DNA of 12,930 bases, from NCBI GenBank assembly GCA_031285625.1, contig JAITVV010000077.1, positions 1 to 12,930 of the forward strand. Reading direction: 5' to 3'. This stretch comes from Prevotella sp. (GTDB lineage Bacteria > Bacteroidota > Bacteroidia > Bacteroidales > Dysgonomonadaceae). Every line of letters begins with the position of its first letter. Within the stretch, counting starts at the first letter, position 1. The notes beneath the pieces were generated by a model. The model was not told the origin of the DNA, ran no database searches, and worked only from the letters and a program-made list of their open reading frames with translations. Of the stretch, positions 7,361 to 12,930 are shown piece by piece. Position numbers and translations under genes: made by a program.

Positions 7361-8518
7361 TTATATCTTATCAGAGAAGTATGATTTAGGCAAATCCCTG
7401 CAGTTGTATTGTGATGCCATAATCTCTCCATATGCCCCGGCCGAACGCAAGACAAGGATATCTCCCCGTTGAGTCTCATTAAGTTCATAATCCTTTACAA
7501 AAATATCCGAAGATTCACAGATCGGTCCTACCACATCATATTTCTTCACAGGTAAATCTGAAGATATATTTTCTACTTTATGATAGGCTTGATATAATGC
7601 CGGGCGGATTAAGTCAGTCATTCCGGCATCTACGATCACAAACACCTTGCTTTCTCCTTGTTTTACATAAGTAGTTTTAGTCACCAAAGAACCACATTGG
7701 GCTACGATAGCACGTCCTAATTCAAAATGAACAAGTTGTCCGTCTCTTACTTTAAGATTCTTATGAAATACTTCAAAGTAATTGGAAAAATCAGAAATTG
7801 GATGAGTGTCAGGATCGTTATAATCGATACCTAATCCACCTCCAACATTTATGTGTTCAAGTTTAGTACCTCTTTCTTCAAAGAAATTCTGTAACTCATT
7901 TACACGCTCACACAATGGTTCGAAAGTATTTACTTCCTCAATCTGTGAACCAATGTGAAAATGAATCCCTATAAGCTTTATACTTTTCAGTGATTTTAAT
8001 ACTTCTATCACACTATCCAGATGTCCCATATTAAAACCAAACTTATTCTCATTCAGTCCGGTTGTAATATATTCATGTGTATGTGCATCTACATTAGGAT
8101 TAATACGAAGTGCAACCTGCGCTATCTTACCTTTTTTTGCAGCGAGTTCGTTGATCACGATCAACTCAGGCATCGACTCGGCATTAAAGCAAAAAATATT
8201 CAGGTCTAAAGCAAGGTTTATTTCTTTATCGGTTTTACCTACACCGGCAAAAACAATTTTAGAAGCAGGGAACCCTGCTGTAATTGCTGCTTTAACCTCG
8301 TTTCCGCTTACACAATCAGCCCCAAAACCTTCAGATGCTATTAATTCAAGAATACGACGATTGGCGTTTGCCTTTACAGCATAATGCTGAACAAATCCAT
8401 ATTTTTTAGTTTCTTCTTTTACGATTTTCAGTGTCTTTTTTAATAAATCGGTATCGTAATAGTAAAAAGGCGTTTCTATACCTTTCAGTTTCTCAACAGG
8501 AAAGTTTCCCTTTGTCAT
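7361..8518 (-). CDS. lysA: Diaminopimelate decarboxylase
   Basis: PLP-lysine motif HYAVKAN, plus DCVSGNE, ITTGLNENKFG, HFHIGSQI, NVGGGLG, FELGR, RPALY, GPICESSD and GAYG. Starts 15 nt after the lysC stop. Confidence 0.96.
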   Translation of the reverse strand: MTKGNFPVEKLKGIETPFYYYDTDLLKKTLKIVKEETKKYGFVQHYAVKANANRRILELIASEGFGADCVSGNEVKAAITAGFPASKIVFAGVGKTDKEINLALDLNIFCFNAESMPELIVINELAAKKGKIAQVALRINPNVDAHTHEYITTGLNENKFGFNMGHLDSVIEVLKSLKSIKLIGIHFHIGSQIEEVNTFEPLCERVNELQNFFEERGTKLEHINVGGGLGIDYNDPDTHPISDFSNYFEVFHKNLKVRDGQLVHFELGRAIVAQCGSLVTKTTYVKQGESKVFVIVDAGMTDLIRPALYQAYHKVENISSDLPVKKYDVVGPICESSDIFVKDYELNETQRGDILVLRSAGAYGEIMASQYNCRDLPKSYFSDKI

Positions 8519-8533
8519 TTGAAATTAGAAAAA

Positions 8534-9847
8534 TTAATTAAACAATTTGTCATTCAATATCTGAAGTGTTTTCTCTTTATCTTTTTTATGTATCAGAAAG
8601 GAGAAATTATATTTGCTACCACCATAAGATAACATTCTTACAGGGATTTCGTTCATAGAACCCATAATGTCAACAGCTATGCCTGAATCTTCCGATTCCA
8701 GATCGCCAATTACCGAAACAATAACCATATCCGGGTCGACCGAAACTGTTCCGTATTTTTTAAGATCGTCAACGATAGCCTGTAAATTACGATTATCATC
8801 GATGGTCAAAGATACGCCTATTTCCGATGTGGCTAACATATCTATTGATGTCTGATAATTCTCGAACACCTCTGTCACACGGCGTAAAAAACCATGTGCT
8901 AATAGCATCCTGCCTGACTTTATTTTTATAGCTGTTATATTATCTCTTGCACCTACCGCCTTGATCACATTTACCTCTGTTGTATTAGAAATAAGTGTGC
9001 CCGCAGATTCAGGAAATTCAGTATTCTTCAAACGTACCGGAATATCCGCCAGTTTAGCCGGAAGGATACTTGATGGATGTAATATCTTCGATCCGAAGTA
9101 AGCCAACTCTGCAGCCTCATCAAAGTTTAGCTGACGTATAGGTGTGGTACCTTTCACATAGCGTGGATCATTATTCTGCATGGAATATACATCAGCCCAT
9201 ATCTGTACCTCTTTTGCATCAACAGCCACACCTATCAGTGAAGCGCTGAAGTCACTGCCTCCTTTACGCAGGTCATCGATCTCACCGTACGCATTACGGC
9301 AAATGTAACCTTGTGTAATGTAAACATCAGCATCTTTGGATGCTTCGAGCAATGCTAATAGCTTATCTTTAATATATACCGGATCGGGCGCTGCATTTTT
9401 ATCTGTACGCATAAAGTCCAGTGCAGGGATTAAAACCGCATTTACTTTTCTGTCCTGCATATATAGATAAAACAGTTCGGAACTAATAAGTTCTCCCTGC
9501 GCCATCACTACCCGTTCTTCAAAGAGAGTAAAAAGATCTTTTGTGAAAGTCCGGATATAATTAAACTTCGAAGATATAAGCTCAATTGCCAAAGATTTAA
9601 TTCCATCCCTGTCAAAAAGAGAAATAACTAAATCCATATACTGTTTTTCAAGCTTATTAATTATCTCTACAGCCCCTTCCTGGTTTTTCCTATATAAATA
9701 ATCTGATATTTCAGCCAACGCTTCTGCTGTACCACGCATAGATGATAAAACAATAATGTTGCCTTGTTCCTTTGAAACAATTGAAGCTACTGTTCTTAGC
9801 TTATCGGCTGTAGCAATCGATGCACTTCCAAATTTTAGAACTTTCAT
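8534..9847 (-). CDS. lysC: Aspartate kinase (LysC-type: amino-acid kinase domain plus two ACT domains) with atypical active-site motifs
   Basis: MKVLKFG, AQGE, ITQGYIC, GGSD, NDPR, FDEAAELAYFGSKILHP, and ACT region MLLAHGFLRRV.EVFENYQTSIDMLATSE. Co-oriented with lysA. Confidence 0.9.
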   Translation of the reverse strand: MKVLKFGSASIATADKLRTVASIVSKEQGNIIVLSSMRGTAEALAEISDYLYRKNQEGAVEIINKLEKQYMDLVISLFDRDGIKSLAIELISSKFNYIRTFTKDLFTLFEERVVMAQGELISSELFYLYMQDRKVNAVLIPALDFMRTDKNAAPDPVYIKDKLLALLEASKDADVYITQGYICRNAYGEIDDLRKGGSDFSASLIGVAVDAKEVQIWADVYSMQNNDPRYVKGTTPIRQLNFDEAAELAYFGSKILHPSSILPAKLADIPVRLKNTEFPESAGTLISNTTEVNVIKAVGARDNITAIKIKSGRMLLAHGFLRRVTEVFENYQTSIDMLATSEIGVSLTIDDNRNLQAIVDDLKKYGTVSVDPDMVIVSVIGDLESEDSGIAVDIMGSMNEIPVRMLSYGGSKYNFSFLIHKKDKEKTLQILNDKLFN

Positions 9848-9889
9848 ATCAGTTACTTTTTAATTTTACACTCCTTTGCAACTAAGATG

Positions 9890-9897
9890 CAAAAGTA
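9890..9897 (-). promoter_or_regulatory. -7 promoter element for lysC-lysA
   Basis: Minus strand TACTTTTG-CA, 42 nt upstream of the lysC ATG. Implies a short leader of about 35 nt. Confidence 0.65.
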
Positions 9898-10099
9898 CAA
9901 AAAAAATTGACCTGAGATTTCACTTTAATGCATATATTTAAATTCAAATACAGTTTTTATTAAAAAGAGCCTAATGATGTACATTTATGTACAAAAAAGA
10001 ACTTTTCATACAATATAAACCTCAAAAAACATCATTTTTATAAACAACTATATATAAACACATTACATCTACACAAGTACAGTTTTCCTCCAAGAAGTT

Positions 10100-10129
10100 T
10101 TTGCATTTAACAAAAAGGCTGTATCTTTG
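10100..10129 (+). promoter_or_regulatory. Sigma-A promoter for the TlpA-like gene
   Basis: TTTG (10100-10103), an 18-nt spacer, then TATCTTTG (10122-10129). Predicts a TSS near 10135 and a 5' leader of about 120 nt. Confidence 0.7.
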
Positions 10130-10140
10130 ACGCCGAAATT

Positions 10141-10232
10141 CAAAACAATACTCTAAGCGTAGATGTTAATGTTTTGTACCCAAAAGTTGGGAGAGCCATA
10201 TTCTTTTCTGTGAGGCATTGGAATAAGGCTTT
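10141..10232 (+). ncRNA. Candidate structured 5' leader / cis-regulatory RNA
   Basis: Three adjacent hairpins. P1: CAAAACA (10141-47) with TGTTTTG (10170-76), enclosing TCTA-AGCG-TAGA. P2: CCCAA-AAG-TTGGG (10179-91). P3: AGAGCC-A-TATTC (10192-203) with GAATA-A-GGCTTT (10221-32). More GC-rich than the flanking intergenic DNA. Confidence 0.45.
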
Positions 10233-10255
10233 AGTGGTAACCAAATAATTATTTT

Positions 10256-10765
10256 ATGAAGTATGCGAAGTATTTCTTGGTTGTAGGTATTGCTTTTATA
10301 AGCTTATCGTCAAATACATCAAGAACTTCTGGGCTTTCTTCGGAAGGTATTTATCCGGGAAACCTGTTCCCTGATATTAAAAATTTAGAGAACGTATCAG
10401 GAACAAAAATGGATTTGTCTGATCTTAAAGGTCAAAAAGTATTGGTAAATTTCTGGGCTGCTTACGATGCTCCATCACACAAGGACAATGTTCTGTTTTC
10501 AAATGTAATTGAGAACAAGAAGTATCCTGTAAAAATGGTATCGTTGTCATTCGACAAAAACGAGTCAGTCTATCAAAGAACATTAGCAATGGATCATGTG
10601 GATACTAAGTATCAGTTCATTGCGGGGAATGATGTTTATTCTGATCTGTATGATCGTTACCAACTGAGACAAGGGTTTAAGAATTACTTAATCGATGAAG
10701 ATGGAGTAATTGTGGCAATGAACCTTTCACCTAATGACTTAGATCAGCTATTGAGCAAGAATTAA
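10256..10765 (+). CDS. Exported TlpA/AhpC-TSA-like thioredoxin-fold protein lacking CXXC
   Basis: Signal-like N-terminus. G..PG.LFPD, LSDLKGQKVLVNFWA, MVSLSFD and NYLIDEDGVIVA are TlpA/redoxin hallmarks. The WCxxC position reads YDAPS, and the 169-aa protein has no Cys. Confidence 0.82.
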   Translation: MKYAKYFLVVGIAFISLSSNTSRTSGLSSEGIYPGNLFPDIKNLENVSGTKMDLSDLKGQKVLVNFWAAYDAPSHKDNVLFSNVIENKKYPVKMVSLSFDKNESVYQRTLAMDHVDTKYQFIAGNDVYSDLYDRYQLRQGFKNYLIDEDGVIVAMNLSPNDLDQLLSKN

Positions 10766-10782
10766 ATTATCTTATTTATTAT

Positions 10783-10824
10783 TAAGGCGTTTCATTTCTC
10801 GAAAATGAAACGCTTTATTCTTTT
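10783..10824 (+). terminator. Intrinsic terminator after the TlpA-like gene
   Basis: GCGTTTCATTT (10787-97), loop CTCGA, AAATGAAACGC (10803-13) form a perfect 11-bp stem, extendable by TAAG/TTTA and followed by TTTATTCTTTT. Confidence 0.85.
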
Positions 10825-10844
10825 AAGGTCTCACTCCTATTTAT

Positions 10845-10852
10845 TACTTTTG
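10845..10852 (+). promoter_or_regulatory. -7 promoter element for the EcsC-family gene
   Basis: TACTTTTG immediately downstream of the terminator and 57 nt upstream of ATG 10910. Confidence 0.5.
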
Positions 10853-10909
10853 TATTTGCAACAGCAATAGTCACTTATGATTAAAAATTGCATGATAAAA
10901 TTTCTATAA

Positions 10910-11569
10910 ATGTCGAAACAACAAAATACACAAATCAATAAAGGATTAATGGCTAAAACACTGGATTGGGCTTACTCTAAAGCAATCAATGGATTCACCG
11001 GAGTTGACTCTGCCTATGATCTGGGAAACAGCTATCTGCAGCAAAACGGCACATTGGAGCAACAGGTAGACTCCCTTATAAAATGGCAGGTAGCTAAGGC
11101 AGCCACCAGCGGTTTTGTCACAGGATTAGGCGGTGTGATGACCATGCCCCTGACTGTTCCGGCCAATATAGCCAGCGTAATATATGTACAAATACGGATG
11201 ATTGCCGCCATAGCCTACATGGGCGGATATGACATCCGCGACGACAGGGTTAAATCGCTTGTATATATATGTATGGTTGGCAATGGAGCCAAAGAACTTC
11301 TCAAAGATATGAGTGTAAAGGCCGGGGAGAAACTTTTGACCAAAACCATAGAAAAAGTAAGTATCAAACTGACCAGTAAAATAGGAGAAAAAGGCGTAAC
11401 CTCTCTAGGTAAAGCCGTACCCGTACTAGGCGGTGTTGTTGGAGGATCTTTTGATGCAGTAACTACCAGGGTAGTAGGCAAAGTCGCAAAAAAGATCTTT
11501 ATTGATAAAACTGACGAACCGCATCAGAAAGAGACCGAGCCAATAATCAATATCGACTCACATCAATAA
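10910..11569 (+). CDS. EcsC family protein (function unknown)
   Basis: KAATSGFVTGLGG...LTVPANI...QIRMIAAIAYMGGYD...VKSLVYICM and KAVPVLGGVVGGSFDA glycine-rich helices match the EcsC (PF12787-like) pattern. Confidence 0.8.
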   Translation: MSKQQNTQINKGLMAKTLDWAYSKAINGFTGVDSAYDLGNSYLQQNGTLEQQVDSLIKWQVAKAATSGFVTGLGGVMTMPLTVPANIASVIYVQIRMIAAIAYMGGYDIRDDRVKSLVYICMVGNGAKELLKDMSVKAGEKLLTKTIEKVSIKLTSKIGEKGVTSLGKAVPVLGGVVGGSFDAVTTRVVGKVAKKIFIDKTDEPHQKETEPIINIDSHQ

Positions 11570-11575
11570 AGCCTG

Positions 11576-12361
11576 CTAGAACTTATAATCAGTGGAAGCC
11601 ATAAAACGGACTCCCATCGATCCGGCTTTTTCGAATATTCTTTTAGCATTTTCGTTGTCAGAATTGATCCATGACATGCAATCGGTAAAGACCACAATCT
11701 TTTTTGCCAACTGGTCGCATTCATCCAGTATATCATTCAATGAGTTTGCCACACAGTAATCGGCAGCCTCACCAATAAGCAATACTTCATCAAACTTATT
11801 CAACCTTGACAATAGTGTGGTATTTAAATAAGTCTCAGGCTCACTCTCCCACTCTACTGCAGCTCTGAATATACTATAATGCTCTGTGGATTGGGAATAC
11901 CCCTTATAGAATAACTCATACGACTTGTTGTTATCTATAGCCCATTCCATAAGGCTGTCAGTAAGTACCCTGTTAAGAGCCCATCCCTCTGTACCCAAAA
12001 TGCAGTGCATGGGCCAGATCGTACATATTTCACCTTTGCTCTCCAGTTCTTCCAGGTATATAAGAGCCTTATCTACATTATATTGGGGTATCCACCTATT
12101 ACTCTTTACATCTGCAGCACTTATTGTAGAGAACAGAGCGGGCCGGTTTCCCTCTTGTCCTTTCCAGTAGCACTGGTGCGCTATATGAATAGGTTGATGT
12201 GAATCTAAAGTAAGGGCTATATAATCTATATGCTGCTGATTGCCTAGTATAAAATCAGACATTCGCCTGATATCGGTATCTGCACCTTTTACAAAGAGTG
12301 CTCCTGTAGCCAAAGTGAAGTCGTTCTGGATATCGATACCTAATATTGCTGTTTTTTTCAT
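11576..12361 (-). CDS. pncA: Nicotinamidase / isochorismatase-family cysteine hydrolase (long form)
   Basis: Catalytic Asp in IDIQNDF, metal ligands in LDSH and WPMHC, Lys in YKG, nucleophile Cys in GEAADYCV. ATG 12361 (MKKTAILG, 261 aa) preferred over TTG 12388. Confidence 0.8.
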   Translation of the reverse strand: MKKTAILGIDIQNDFTLATGALFVKGADTDIRRMSDFILGNQQHIDYIALTLDSHQPIHIAHQCYWKGQEGNRPALFSTISAADVKSNRWIPQYNVDKALIYLEELESKGEICTIWPMHCILGTEGWALNRVLTDSLMEWAIDNNKSYELFYKGYSQSTEHYSIFRAAVEWESEPETYLNTTLLSRLNKFDEVLLIGEAADYCVANSLNDILDECDQLAKKIVVFTDCMSWINSDNENAKRIFEKAGSMGVRFMASTDYKF

Positions 12362-12385
12362 AGCACTAATAATTATGTGTATATA

Positions 12386-12393
12386 CAAATATA
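12386..12393 (-). promoter_or_regulatory. -7 promoter element for pncA
   Basis: Minus strand TATATTTG, 24 nt upstream of ATG 12361. A second TACTTTTG lies at 12466-12459. Confidence 0.5.
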
Positions 12394-12491
12394 CTTATTT
12401 TTGATAAAACCAGTGATTGATACAAAGTTTACTTAATTATAATTACGTAAAAAAGTGACAAAAGTAACACTTTTGAACATGTTTTCGTTTG

Positions 12492-12929
12492 TCACCTTCT
12501 GTAACGATATCCCGGAGGGACCATCTGGGCAGCACTACTGGTTAAGGTAACATACTTCGACTTTTTCTCTTCAACAGGTTTTATTTCTGTGTTCTTAGTC
12601 TTATCTGTATCTGTGGCTGGTGATTCTTCCTGCCTGGGCTTGCTCCCGGGTTCAATGTGCTGCACCTCTTTTGGCCTGTTATTTATTAAGTCTTCACGCA
12701 GCAGGTTTAGGTGTTCCACTGTTTTTGCATCATTCACTACAATGGTTAAGGCTGGTGGAACATTCTTTTGATTATTATCCTCACTCTTATTGTTATGCAG
12801 AAGGGTTAGTCTTATAGCATGTGTATCGGGTGCATATTCTTTTTGTCTTACTACCTGTGATTTTAGTATCAGTTTCTCCGGATTAGCCTTATCGGGTACA
12901 TAGGTTGTGCGGGTTTCACTCAGGGTATA
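12492..12929 (-). CDS. 3' part (at least 145 aa) of an ORF entering from the right edge; phage terminase-small-subunit-like
   Basis: The frame of the 81-aa track ORF stays open to the window edge: YTLSETRTTYVPDKANPEKLILKSQVVRQKEYAPDTHAIRLTLLHNNKSEDNNQKNVPPALTIVVNDAKTVE... The (G)Y...ET.T...K.Y.PDT.AI pattern resembles HTH/terminase-small-subunit-type phage proteins. The tail is low complexity. Confidence 0.5.
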   Translation of the reverse strand, partial: YTLSETRTTYVPDKANPEKLILKSQVVRQKEYAPDTHAIRLTLLHNNKSEDNNQKNVPPALTIVVNDAKTVEHLNLLREDLINNRPKEVQHIEPGSKPRQEESPATDTDKTKNTEIKPVEEKKSKYVTLTSSAAQMVPPGYRYRR

Positions 12930-12930
12930 G

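Noticed and set aside
6521-7488. ORFs 6521-6754, 7267-7488 and 7284-7472
   Set aside because: Alternative-frame or antisense overlaps of GT2 and lysA; two of them run across the lysA terminator.
8021-8855. Plus-strand ORFs 8021-8209, 8151-8384 and 8667-8855
   Set aside because: Antisense shadows of lysA and lysC.
9848-10090. Lysine riboswitch upstream of lysC
   Set aside because: The region is extremely AT-rich, lacks the L-box multi-stem pattern, and the -7 element leaves only about 35 nt of leader.
10211-10255. Selenocysteine/UGA readthrough from the uORF into the in-frame, Cys-free TlpA-like gene
   Set aside because: Two further in-frame stops (TAG 10232-34, TAA 10238-40) intervene, and the UGA is far from the active-site position.
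11215-12817. ORFs 11215-11481, 11925-12170, 12005-12202, 12589-12771 and 12620-12817
   Set aside because: Antisense to better-supported CDSs (EcsC, pncA, right-edge ORF).
1-12930. CRISPR array, tRNA, IS/transposase, integrase or invertible promoter
   Set aside because: No regularly spaced repeats, cloverleaf, DDE or tyrosine-recombinase motifs, or long inverted repeats flanking a promoter were seen.

Overview
AT-rich Bacteroidota chromosomal segment. Dysgonomonas/Porphyromonadaceae-like is an inference from TAnnTTTG promoters, A/T-rich SD-less leaders and gene content. Left to right: a strong leftward promoter at the window edge; nth; a minus-strand envelope cluster (outer-membrane beta-barrel, lptC, ppiD/SurA-like chaperone); a stand-alone exosortase/archaeosortase-family gene converging on a GT2 glycosyltransferase-like gene; a lysC-lysA operon; a cysteine-free TlpA/thioredoxin-fold gene behind a structured ~120-nt leader; an EcsC-family gene converging on a nicotinamidase-like gene; and the 3' part of a phage terminase-small-subunit-like ORF that runs off the right edge. 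No tRNA, rRNA, CRISPR array or IS element is visible. Main points of interest: three apparent pseudo-enzymes with intact ORFs but eroded active-site motifs (aspartokinase, GT2, TlpA), the structured uORF-containing leader at 10136-10255, an orphan exosortase with an inserted loop, and a possible prophage-remnant/accessory block at the right end. All family calls come from motif recognition by eye; no searches were run.
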